64,000 bases of DNA from an uncultured Candidatus Binatia bacterium (GTDB lineage: Bacteria > Desulfobacterota > Binatia > UBA9968 > JAJDTQ01). Below the pieces are notes generated by a model. That model had not been told where the DNA came from. It made no database searches and saw nothing but the letters and a program-made list of their open reading frames with translations. The stretch covers positions 224,001-288,000 of the forward strand of contig OZ251459.1 in NCBI GenBank assembly GCA_965242525.1. The letters are read 5' to 3'. Numbering within the stretch: the stretch's first letter is position 1; each line of letters begins with the position of its first letter. Position numbers and translations under genes: made by a program. Positions 19,762 through 28,907 of this stretch are shown one piece after another.

Positions 19762-20505
19762 CTATTCGTACCGGCCGTCCTTGCCGGCCACCAGCTCGCC
19801 GTCCTCGTAGGTGAATAGCTGCCCGGACTGCTCCATGGGCGCCTGGGCCGCCAGCACGAAGCCCTGTCCCAGTATCTCCGGGGTCGGGAGCCGGGTGAAC
19901 GCCTCCTCGGGCGCTCCTTCGGTGACGATGGGAACCCTGGGCGAGAAGACCACCACGCAGACGTTGGACTCCCGGACCTCTTCGGCCACGTACCGGGTGA
20001 AGGTCCAGATGGCGTCCTTGGTGACCACGTAGGCGCAGGCGCCCCCGGGCTTGACGCCCCCGCCGCCGTAGAGGTTGATGATGTGCCCGGACCGGCGCGG
20101 CTCCATGTGGTCCAGGGCGTGCTTGGTGCAGAGGAAGGTGCCGCCCAGGTTGGTCTGGATCACCCGGTCCCAGAACCCCAGGCCCATGTCCCGGACCAGC
20201 GGCCAGCGGGGGATGCCCCAGGCGAAATGCGGCACGATGGCGGCGTTGTTCACCAGCACGTCGATGCGCCCGAAACGCTGGACCACCTGTTCGAAGGCCC
20301 CCTTCACCGCGTCCTCGTTCCGGACGTTGGCGTTGATGCCCAGGGCGTCGGTCATCTCCCCGAGCTCGGGGCCGGTCTTGTCCAGCCATTCCTGGTTCAC
20401 GTCGATGATGACGACCCTGGCCTTCTCCCGCGCGAACGTCAGCGCGGCGTGGCGTCCGATGCCTTTGCCGCCGCCGGTCACGACCACCACTTTTCCTTCC
20501 AGCAT
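19762..20505 (-). CDS. SDR-family NAD(P)-dependent oxidoreductase
   Basis: TGGGKGIG, NNAA and YVVTK motifs. Own ATG at 20505 with GGAGG 6 nt upstream, although in frame with the upstream Mo subunit. Confidence 0.85.
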   Translation of the reverse strand: MLEGKVVVVTGGGKGIGRHAALTFAREKARVVIIDVNQEWLDKTGPELGEMTDALGINANVRNEDAVKGAFEQVVQRFGRIDVLVNNAAIVPHFAWGIPRWPLVRDMGLGFWDRVIQTNLGGTFLCTKHALDHMEPRRSGHIINLYGGGGVKPGGACAYVVTKDAIWTFTRYVAEEVRESNVCVVVFSPRVPIVTEGAPEEAFTRLPTPEILGQGFVLAAQAPMEQSGQLFTYEDGELVAGKDGRYE

Positions 20506-22869
20506 GTGGATCCTCCGTTGGCTACCGGAACGTCCGGAATCCCGTTCCCTTCCTGCCGGGTCCCCGTGGAGCGGCGCCGGCCCTCCGGGTCCCGAACCCC
20601 CGCGCGGGTCGGCCCCTGACGCCGCCGGGGCTCCCTGCCCGCGCTCCTCCAGCCCGCGGAAGACCTTCTCCGCGGTCACCGGGATATCGAAGAGGCGCAC
20701 GCCCACGGCGTCGGCGACCGCGTTGGCGATGGCCGCCGGGGAGTTGTTGTTGGCGAACTCGCCGATGGCCTTGGCGCCGTGGGGCGCCAACCCGCCGCCG
20801 GACTCCACCAGCACCGTCTCCAGGCGGGGTACGTCGCGGATGGTGGGCAGCTTGTAGTCGCCCAGGCTGGCGTTCGCCACCCTGCCGTCCTCCAGCACCA
20901 GCTCTTCCATGAGGGCCTGGCCCACGCCCATGACGACGCCGCCGTCGATCTGGCCCTGGTGCGTGACGGGGTTGATGACGGCGCCTACGTCATGGGCCGT
21001 GACCATGCGCTCCACGCGCGTCGCTCCGGTCTCGGGGTCCACTTCCACCTCCGCCACCTGCGCGCACACGTAGGTCACGTCGTCCCGGTAGGGGAAGTCC
21101 TCCTCGACGGTCACGGTCCGGTGGTCCGGGTTCCGGGAGGCCACCTGCGCCAGGGAGAGGCTCTGCCCCAGGTCGGTCCGGAGCGAGAACCGGCCGTTGG
21201 CGTATACCACGTCCGAAGAGCCGCATTCCAGCATGCGGGCGGCGCAGTCGGTGAGCTTGGCCAGCAGCCCCTCGCAGGCCTTCTCCGCGGCTTGCCCCGC
21301 GGTATAGGTGACCCGGCTGGCCCGGGCGCCCGTGTCATAGGGAGCGGTATCGGTGTCGCCGGTGACCACCCGAACCCGTTCCAGCGCCAACTGCATGCGC
21401 TCGGCCGCCAGTTGGCGCAGGATCGTGTGGGCGCCGGTCCCCTGGTCCACGGTGGGGCTCAGCACCGCAAGCATGCCGTCGGCCTCGGCCGAGACCGTGA
21501 TGCCGGTTTCGCCGCCGGAGATGTGGCGCCCGTAGATGGCCATGCCCCGCCCGCGGTTGGCCCCCGGCCCGGGACCGTACCAGTCTGCCGCGGCCAGGGC
21601 GCGGGTCAGCACCGGATGGATCTGCACGCCGGTGAGCCGTTTGCCGATGGCGTCCTCCTCGTTCTCCCGCAGGACGTTGCGCAGGCGGAACTCGCCCGGG
21701 TCCATGCCGAGCTCCCGCGCGATCAGGTCGGTGTGGGATTCCAGAGCGAAGAAGGTGGGGATGGATCCCGGGCTCCGGTAATAGCCTCCCGGGGTGGTGT
21801 TGGTATAGACCTGCAGGAACTCCAGGGCGGCGTGCTCCACCCGGTAGAGGCCCCCGGCGTAGTGCCAGGTGGCGAAGGAGGCGCTGGCCTTGAGGGCGCC
21901 GTAGGCCCCGCCGGCGTGCCACGCCTTCACGCGGCGCGCCACGATCCGGCCGTCCCTCTTGACCCCGGTGCGGACGGTCATCACCGTCGCCTCGTCCGGG
22001 TTGCAGGCCGTCAGCTCCTCCGCATAGGTCATGACGATCTTCACCGGCCGTCCCGACTCCCGGGCGAGGAGGAAGGCGATGGGCAGGTCCCTCGCGTCTC
22101 CCTTGCCGCCGAACTCGCCGCCGACGTTCACCGGGTGGACCCGGACGCGGCCTTCTTCGACGCCGACGGCGCCGGCCAGCATCCGGCGGGTGCGGAAGGG
22201 GTCCTTGGTGCTCGCCCAGACTCGGACGCGGCCGTCGGGGTCGAGGGCCACCAGTCCCGCGTGCGGCTCCAGGTAGCCCTGGTGCCGGCCGGGGACCCGA
22301 AACGTATGCTCCAGGGTCAGGTCGGCGTCGCGGAAGCCCTGCTCCACGTCGCCCTTGGTCCAGAGCAGCCGGGTGAGCCCGTTGCGGACGTCCGCGGCCA
22401 GCCGCTCGTGCGGCGCTCCCGGGTACGCGCCCACGTCGTCGTGCAGCAACGGCGCCCCGGGCCCGGTGGCCTCCACCGGGTCGAACACCGCCGGCAGGAC
22501 CTCGTAGTCCACTTCGATGAGACCCAGGGCGGCCTCCGCGGCGTCGGGGGTCTCCGCGGCCACCGCGGCCACCCGGTCGCCCACGTACCGCACCCGGTCC
22601 CAGCACAGCACCGGCATGTCCCGGATCTGCTTGCCCATGAAACGGCGCGGCGCCTCCGGGCCGGTGACCACGGCCTTGACCCCGGGAGCGCTCCTGGCCC
22701 GGCTTGCGTCGATGCCGCGGATGCGCGCGTGGGCGTGGGGGCTTCGGAGGACCTTGCCCCACAGCAGCCCCTCGCACGGGACGTCCGCGGCGTAGCGCGT
22801 GCGCCCGGTGACCTTGTCGGGACCCTCGGCCCGCGGCGCCGGGACGCCGACCATGCGGGTTGCGCTCAT
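19762..22869 (-). CDS. Xanthine dehydrogenase/CoxL-family molybdopterin-binding subunit (domain ~20640-22869), lacking a stop and reading through into the SDR
   Basis: Motifs KVTGRTRYAAD, LRSPHAHARI, YLEPH, VGGEFGGK, QGTG, GQIDGG and AKAIGE. An unstructured G/P-rich linker precedes the SDR. Confidence 0.85.
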   Translation of the reverse strand: MSATRMVGVPAPRAEGPDKVTGRTRYAADVPCEGLLWGKVLRSPHAHARIRGIDASRARSAPGVKAVVTGPEAPRRFMGKQIRDMPVLCWDRVRYVGDRVAAVAAETPDAAEAALGLIEVDYEVLPAVFDPVEATGPGAPLLHDDVGAYPGAPHERLAADVRNGLTRLLWTKGDVEQGFRDADLTLEHTFRVPGRHQGYLEPHAGLVALDPDGRVRVWASTKDPFRTRRMLAGAVGVEEGRVRVHPVNVGGEFGGKGDARDLPIAFLLARESGRPVKIVMTYAEELTACNPDEATVMTVRTGVKRDGRIVARRVKAWHAGGAYGALKASASFATWHYAGGLYRVEHAALEFLQVYTNTTPGGYYRSPGSIPTFFALESHTDLIARELGMDPGEFRLRNVLRENEEDAIGKRLTGVQIHPVLTRALAAADWYGPGPGANRGRGMAIYGRHISGGETGITVSAEADGMLAVLSPTVDQGTGAHTILRQLAAERMQLALERVRVVTGDTDTAPYDTGARASRVTYTAGQAAEKACEGLLAKLTDCAARMLECGSSDVVYANGRFSLRTDLGQSLSLAQVASRNPDHRTVTVEEDFPYRDDVTYVCAQVAEVEVDPETGATRVERMVTAHDVGAVINPVTHQGQIDGGVVMGVGQALMEELVLEDGRVANASLGDYKLPTIRDVPRLETVLVESGGGLAPHGAKAIGEFANNNSPAAIANAVADAVGVRLFDIPVTAEKVFRGLEERGQGAPAASGADPRGGSGPGGPAPLHGDPAGRERDSGRSGSQRRIHMLEGKVVVVTGGGKGIGRHAALTFAREKARVVIIDVNQEWLDKTGPELGEMTDALGINANVRNEDAVKGAFEQVVQRFGRIDVLVNNAAIVPHFAWGIPRWPLVRDMGLGFWDRVIQTNLGGTFLCTKHALDHMEPRRSGHIINLYGGGGVKPGGACAYVVTKDAIWTFTRYVAEEVRESNVCVVVFSPRVPIVTEGAPEEAFTRLPTPEILGQGFVLAAQAPMEQSGQLFTYEDGELVAGKDGRYE

Positions 22870-23275
22870 GACGGTCTCCTCACGGAATGCGATGGAACCG
22901 GATTATCCACCATACCGACCGTCAGGACAACCGCGGGGCGAAGGCCGTTGGTTGCGCCGCGGTGGACTCCGTCCGGTCCAAGTCCACCGCCTGATCCACC
23001 TCGGGCAGGTCAGGCGGGGTCGGTCGGCGCGTCCGGGGGCCTGACGGCGCAGGATTGGGTCGTGTCACGATGGCGGACGGGCTGTTTCCAACGAGACGCA
23101 AGCAGGTTGCCATGAACGTTCGCCATGTTACGTTTGGCGAGATGCACGGAGCGGTTTGGGCATGGCTGGGAAGGGTGCCGGCGTCCTCGTTCGTGGCGGC
23201 GTTCATGCTGGCATGGAGGAGTTTCCCGAGGAACGGCCACCCGGGTGGTACGGAGGCGGGTCCGTGGTGTCCGCC

Positions 23276-24670
23276 ATGGCGATGATGATGATGCGCGAGA
23301 CGGGAGGATGGCGAGATCATGAATCCCCCTCCCCCAGGGGAGGGGGGAGCCGGTTTCGCCGTGGGTTGCGGCTGGTAGGCTGGAATGCTCTCCTGCTCAT
23401 CCTGGGGGTGGCTCTGGTCGCAATGGCCGGGGAAGCCTGCCTCCGGCTGGCCAAGCCGTTCATGATGTCGAGCGACTCCCGGGAATTCGTCCCGAACGTA
23501 GGTTATCTCAGGCCCCCGAACACGGAGGTGCTCGGTACCAACTCACTCGACTTCTGGAACGTCTCCCGCACCAACAGCCTGGGTTTCCTCGACCGCGAAC
23601 CCCTCAGCCCCGAGCGTGCGGCCGCAACCTGCCATATCTCGATGATCGGGGACTCCTTCGTGGTGGCGAAGGAAGTCCCCATCCATGAAAAGTTCCACGT
23701 TCGACTCGAAGAACTCGCCGCTCGCCGGTTGCCCCACCTGCATGTCACCACTTCGGCCTTTGGGAAGGGAGACACCGGTCAGGTCCAGCAACTGCCGTTC
23801 TACGACGAATATGCCCGCCTGCTGCATCCCAAACTGCTCGTGCTGGTCTTCGTTCGCAATGATTTCGTCGACAACACGCCGGTTCTGAGAGCATTGGATA
23901 TAGCAGGAGGAAGGGTCTCGAAACTATCTTTGGAGCCCATGGTGCGAAGGCGCTCGGACGGAAAGTTGGAATTGTCCCTCCCCCAGGCCCCGCTTCCGTC
24001 GAGTCACCGGGTCCGGGCATCATGGGCCGCCCGCGCCATGGAGGAAGCGGCGGACCGTTCGTGGTTCGTCTTCTGGTTGAGCAGGAAGAAGGAAGCCCTG
24101 TTTCCTTCCGGCTCGAAACACGGGTTCGTCCAGGCCGTGGAGGCTCTGAGGCGACAGCCCGCCTATGCCGCGCTGCTCGAAGGATGGCGGCCTGCCAGTT
24201 GGACCGACATGCGTCGAGACTTCACCCGAAGGGACCTGCATCCCCTTTTCGAGGATGCCCTGCGATACACCCGCTTCGCGCTGGCGCAGTTCAAGCAGCG
24301 CGCCGACCGGGACGGGGCCAGGCTGGTGGTCCTGGCGTCACACACCTTGCGGCGCTACCGCTACGGACCCCGCATGTTCGAGCTGTTGCGTGAAATGGCC
24401 GCAACCCTCGATGTTCCCGTCATCGACCATGCCGACTTCATCCTCCGCCAGGGCGCCAACCCCGGAGAGGCGAATTGGCGCCAGGACTACCACTGGAACG
24501 CCGCCGGCCACCGCTGGGCCGCCGAGGCCCTGCTCGAATACATCGAGAAGCATCCGGCAATCTGCGACAGGCCGACCGGACCGTTGGGCGGCGCTACGAT
24601 TCCGGCACCAGGGAGCGGCGGCCGAACCACCAGAAGACCAGGACCAGGGGGGTCAGGACGAGGGTCATGA
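23276..24670 (+). CDS. Membrane-anchored SGNH/GDSL hydrolase-like protein (AlgX/AlgJ-like)
   Basis: N-terminal TM helix, 'NSLGFLDRE', block I 'IGDSF', block III 'FVRNDF' and block V 'DYHWN'. Start uncertain (23156-23291). Confidence 0.75.
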   Translation: MAMMMMRETGGWRDHESPSPRGGGSRFRRGLRLVGWNALLLILGVALVAMAGEACLRLAKPFMMSSDSREFVPNVGYLRPPNTEVLGTNSLDFWNVSRTNSLGFLDREPLSPERAAATCHISMIGDSFVVAKEVPIHEKFHVRLEELAARRLPHLHVTTSAFGKGDTGQVQQLPFYDEYARLLHPKLLVLVFVRNDFVDNTPVLRALDIAGGRVSKLSLEPMVRRRSDGKLELSLPQAPLPSSHRVRASWAARAMEEAADRSWFVFWLSRKKEALFPSGSKHGFVQAVEALRRQPAYAALLEGWRPASWTDMRRDFTRRDLHPLFEDALRYTRFALAQFKQRADRDGARLVVLASHTLRRYRYGPRMFELLREMAATLDVPVIDHADFILRQGANPGEANWRQDYHWNAAGHRWAAEALLEYIEKHPAICDRPTGPLGGATIPAPGSGGRTTRRPGPGGSGRGS

Positions 24671-26333
24671 CCAGGGTCACCGCGGCCGCGGCGTTGATGG
24701 CGCCCGAAGACCAGTAGCTCCAGACGACGGCCGGGAGCGTCACGCTGTCGTGGCCGATGAGGAACACCGCCACGGTGAGCTCCCGATAGACCAGGATGGC
24801 GGACCAGATCCACACCGACATGAGCGTGGGCCGGAGCAGCGGCACGAGGATCCTCCAGGACGTCCGCACGGCCGACAGGCCCGCGGTATAGGCGGCCTCC
24901 TCCAGCTCCTTGTGGATCTGGAGCAGGGAGCCGTTGAGGGCGCGGGTGGCGAAGGCCAACCGGGACACCACATAGACGATGGCGATGAGCCACACCGAGC
25001 CGTAGAGCGGCGCCACCCCCTTGAGGACGAACAGGGCCAGCAGCAGCGCGGCGATGGCCAGTATGGCCTCGGGCAGGGCGTGGGGCAGGAAGGCGCCGAA
25101 CTCCAGGGCGTAGCGGTAGCGGGTGCGTGAGCGCACGATGAGCCACGAGACCGCGAAGGCCAGCAACAGGGTCACCGACGGCGCCACCGCCACCAGCAGC
25201 GCGGTGTTCCGGATCCCCCGCCACACCAGGCTCCAGTCCACGCTGTGGAACGAGGCGAAGGAGGCGCGGCCGAGCATCTCCCAGGAAGGCGGCGCCAGGT
25301 AGGGCGTGAAGGCCACGTAGGCGATCAACAGCAGCGGCAGCAGTTTCGACGCCAGGACGTAGAGGGCGATGAAGCCCCAGGCCGCCGGGCCCCAGCGGCC
25401 CAGGTCCAGGAGCGCCGGGCGGTAGCCCTTGCCGGTCACCACCTCGTAGCGGTGCCCCTGGCGCAGCACCTGGCTGTACCACCACGTGAGCAGCACGGCC
25501 ACCGCGATCATCAGCACGCCCAGGGCCGCGGTGACGCCGTGCTCGGGAAACTCGTCGTCCCCGGGGTTGGTCTTCAGATAGACGAAGGTGCTGAGCATGT
25601 ACACCCGGTTGCCGAGCCCGATGATGGCCGGGATGTCGAAGGTGGCGATGCCGATGGTCACCATGTAGATGACCGCGGCGAGTATGGCCGGGAAGGCCAG
25701 CGGCAGGGTGACTCGCCGGAGCGTGGCGAAGAAGCCCATGCCGTGGATCCGCGCCGCCTCCTCCAGGGACGGGTTCATGGCCCGGAACATCTGGGCGGTG
25801 AGGATGAAGGCCAGGGCGGCCAGGCTGAGCCCCTGGACGAAGCCCATGCCCATCGGGGTGGCGATGTTGACGGGCCCCTGCTCCAGCCCCAGCAGGCCCG
25901 CCAGCCAGCGGTTGAAGAAGCCGATGCGCTGGTGCGCGAGGAAGGTCCAGCCCATGGCGGTGTAGATGCCGGGGATCAGCAGGCCCAGGGTCATGATGGT
26001 ATAGACCAGGCCCTTGCCGCCCAGGGTGGTGCGCTCGGTGAGCCATGCGATGGGCAGGCCGATGGCCAGGGCCACCAGCGTGGTGGTCACGGTGAAGACC
26101 AGGGTGTGGAAGGTGACCCGGGCCACGAACGGGTCGGCCAGGATCTCGGCGTAGTTGCGAAGGGTGTAGGTGGCGTCGAGGGTCCCCAGGATGCCGGTCT
26201 GGAAGCTGATCCAGACCAGCACCGCCACCAGCGCGGAGATGACCGCCATCGGCGCGATGGCGAGCCCCAGCAACACCGGCGACACCCTGGGCCGGAGCGC
26301 GCGGAGACGGGGCAGGCTCGGTACGGCGTCCAT
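24594..26333 (-). CDS. ABC transporter permease, FbpB/Fe(III)-type (two fused TM domains)
   Basis: Two EAA motifs (LEEAARIHG, LEEAAYTAG) and about 12 hydrophobic segments. Confidence 0.9.
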   Translation of the reverse strand: MDAVPSLPRLRALRPRVSPVLLGLAIAPMAVISALVAVLVWISFQTGILGTLDATYTLRNYAEILADPFVARVTFHTLVFTVTTTLVALAIGLPIAWLTERTTLGGKGLVYTIMTLGLLIPGIYTAMGWTFLAHQRIGFFNRWLAGLLGLEQGPVNIATPMGMGFVQGLSLAALAFILTAQMFRAMNPSLEEAARIHGMGFFATLRRVTLPLAFPAILAAVIYMVTIGIATFDIPAIIGLGNRVYMLSTFVYLKTNPGDDEFPEHGVTAALGVLMIAVAVLLTWWYSQVLRQGHRYEVVTGKGYRPALLDLGRWGPAAWGFIALYVLASKLLPLLLIAYVAFTPYLAPPSWEMLGRASFASFHSVDWSLVWRGIRNTALLVAVAPSVTLLLAFAVSWLIVRSRTRYRYALEFGAFLPHALPEAILAIAALLLALFVLKGVAPLYGSVWLIAIVYVVSRLAFATRALNGSLLQIHKELEEAAYTAGLSAVRTSWRILVPLLRPTLMSVWIWSAILVYRELTVAVFLIGHDSVTLPAVVWSYWSSGAINAAAAVTLVMTLVLTPLVLVFWWFGRRSLVPES

Positions 26334-26442
26334 GAGGGTTTGGGGCAGGGCCGGCGCCCGGCGCGCCCCTCACTCCGAAAAGGACCCCGAAAGGGCTTCC
26401 CGGAGTGGGGGACCGACCCGGGACCTCGCATCCGCGGCCCTG

Positions 26443-27555
26443 CTACTTCTGCTGCAGGATCTTCTCCAGCTCCTTGCGGGTGGCGCGGTAGTCCTTCTGC
26501 GACCCCAGCCATTGGGGGGAGTTGACCACCACCTTGGCGCCCCGGGCCCGGGCGTCCGCCAGCACCTTCCGCTCGTTGGACTCCGGGTACAGGTGGAAGT
26601 CGAAGCCGTTGACCTCCCACATCCACTTCTGGCCTTCCGGGGTGTGCAGGTAGGCGATGAACAGGGCGGCCGCGTTGGGCGCCGAGGAGTGCACGGGGAC
26701 GCCGCCGTAGCGGGTGTGGGACACCACCGCCTCGGACATCACCGCGTAGCCCAGGGGATGGCCCTTGCGCTTGCCCTGGTTGACGTACTGGTCGCCGCAG
26801 CTCATCACCAGCATGGCGAACTCGCCGCTGGTGATGCGGTCCGTCTCGCCGCACCGGATGAGGCCGCCGATGTGCTTCGAGAGCTTCTTCGTGAACTCGA
26901 CCATGGCCTCCTTGCCCAGCAGGTCGTCCATGGCGAACTCGCGCATGCCCGCGGCGTAGGGCGTGGAGGCGATCTTGCCTTTCCACTTGGGGGCCAGGAC
27001 GTCGGCCAGGCTCCTGGGCGCGTCGCCGCCCTTCACGATGTCCGAGTTGTACATCACCCCCACCAGGGTCGAGGCCGAGGCGAGCCCGATGCCCTTGGGA
27101 GCCACGGGGTCGAAGCCCGGCGAATCCAGCATCGGCCGTCCCAGGTAGGCCATCCAGTTCATGGACCGCATCAACCCCACCTTGCCCGACTGGAGCATGC
27201 CGCCGGAATTGCCCCACACCACGTCGGTGCTGGCGGGTTGGCCGGCCTTCATCTCGCGGGTGAGGTTGCCGATGACGCGGGTCATGCTCGGACCCGGTGT
27301 GAACTTGGGTTGGATGTTGGTGCCGTACATCTTGTTCATGCCGGCCACGATCTGGGCCATTCCCTTGCCGCCGTCGAGGCTGCGCGACGACCACATGGCC
27401 CTCAGGGTGGTCTCCTTCCTGGCTCCGGCCACCAGCTCCTCCAGGGTCTTGGGCGCGTCCGCGGCCAGGGCCCCCAGGGGCGGGAAGAGCAGGAAGAGCG
27501 TCAGGCATGCCGCGGCCAGCGGCCGCGTCCCGTTTCCGCCGGTAAAGTTGCGCAT
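26443..27555 (-). CDS. ABC transporter substrate-binding protein (Fe(III)/AfuA-like fold)
   Basis: Signal peptide, 'YNSDIV..GDAPRSLADVLAPKWKGKIA' and 'APNAAALFIAYLHTPEGQK'. Confidence 0.88.
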   Translation of the reverse strand: MRNFTGGNGTRPLAAACLTLFLLFPPLGALAADAPKTLEELVAGARKETTLRAMWSSRSLDGGKGMAQIVAGMNKMYGTNIQPKFTPGPSMTRVIGNLTREMKAGQPASTDVVWGNSGGMLQSGKVGLMRSMNWMAYLGRPMLDSPGFDPVAPKGIGLASASTLVGVMYNSDIVKGGDAPRSLADVLAPKWKGKIASTPYAAGMREFAMDDLLGKEAMVEFTKKLSKHIGGLIRCGETDRITSGEFAMLVMSCGDQYVNQGKRKGHPLGYAVMSEAVVSHTRYGGVPVHSSAPNAAALFIAYLHTPEGQKWMWEVNGFDFHLYPESNERKVLADARARGAKVVVNSPQWLGSQKDYRATRKELEKILQQK

Positions 27556-27598
27556 GAGGGTTCCTCCTCCGTCGGTTGGGGCCTCGAAAGCCGGGTCT

Positions 27599-28701
27599 TC
27601 AGTGTTCCACCGGGCTCGCGGAGGCCGTGTTCCTGTCGTCGCCCGGAAACACCATGACGTTTCCGGGCGGCACGTGCAGATGGAGTCTCTCGCCGTCGGT
27701 GGCGGGTACCGTGCGGCTCTTGCCGGTGAGCCGTTCGTTGCCGGCCGTCACTTCGTACACGAACTGGTCGCCCAGGAACACGCTGGACACCAGCCGCGCC
27801 TCGAACGTGTTGGCGGTCCGCGGGTCCGAAGGCGCCGCCGGCGCCATGGACTCGGGCCGGAAGCCGATGAGCACGTCCCTGCCCGGAACCGCGCCGCCGG
27901 ACACCTCGAACCGGCCGATGCCGGTCTCCACCACCCGGTGGTCCACGCGCCGGCCGGGGAGCCAGTTCACCGAGCCGAAGAACTCGGCCACTTCGGCGCA
28001 CTCGGGGTTGCGGTAGAGGTCCATGGGCGCGCCGTACTGGAGCAGGTCGCCCAGGCTCAGGAGGGCGATCCTGTCCGCCATGGCCATGGCTTCCACCTGG
28101 TCGTGGGTCACGTAGAGCACGGTGGCGCCGAGTTGCTTGGCCAACTCGCGGATGCGCCCGCGCACGTCCTCCCGCAGGCGGGCGTCCAGGTTGCTCAGGG
28201 GTTCGTCCATGAGCAGCACCTTGGGGTTCACCGCGATGGCCCGGGCCAAGGCCACCCGCTGCTGCTGGCCGCCGCTCAGGAGGGTGGACGGACGGTCCGC
28301 CTGCTCGTCGAGTTGCACCATGCGCAGGGCCTCTCGCACCCGGTCGCGGACCTGTCGGCGCGGGATCTTCCGGGCCCCCTCCCGCAAGGGCAGCGCCACG
28401 TTGTCGAACACCGTCAGGTGGGGCCACACCGCATAGGACTGGAACACCATACCGAAGTTGCGGTCCTGAGGCGGCACCCACAGCGCTTCCCCGAACACGG
28501 TGCGGTCGTCCACGCGATCTCGCCGCCGTCCGGGGTCTCCAGCCCTGCCACGCACCGGAGCAGTGTGGTCTTGCCCGACCCGCTGGCGCCGACGATGACG
28601 AAGAACTCGCCTTCGGCCACTTCCAGGTCCAGCCGCTTGAGGGCGGCGACCCTGCCGTCGGCGACCAAGAACTCCTTGCGCAGCTCCCGGATCGAGATCA
28701 T
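27599..28701 (-). pseudogene. ABC ATP-binding protein (PotA/FbpC-like with TOBE tail) split by a 1-bp frameshift at ~28516
   Basis: Walker A (GASGSGKT) is in ORF 28414..28701, while Q-loop, LSGGQQQR and Walker B (LMDEP) are in ORF 27599..28555. Adding one base in GAG ATC [C]GC GTG GAC restores GGEIRVDDRTV. Confidence 0.8.
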
Positions 28702-28907
28702 GCGGACTCCACGGGCGGCGAACTCCGGGACGGTCCGGAGGACGTCCGCGCTACCTCCCTACTCCCGCAGGGGGGCGGTGTCAAACCGGTGGACTCCCCT
28801 CGGACCTTCTGGTAAACAGGGAAATCCCCGCCTGCCCGGGGTTCGCCCGTGGGCGAACGGGGGGCGGGTTTTCGGAAGGGCGCCCCTGGACGGCGGCCGG
28901 AGAGGTT

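Noticed and set aside
22922-23322. Short ORFs between the Mo subunit and SGNH genes
   Set aside because: No recognisable motifs or RBS, and the frames are mutually overlapping.
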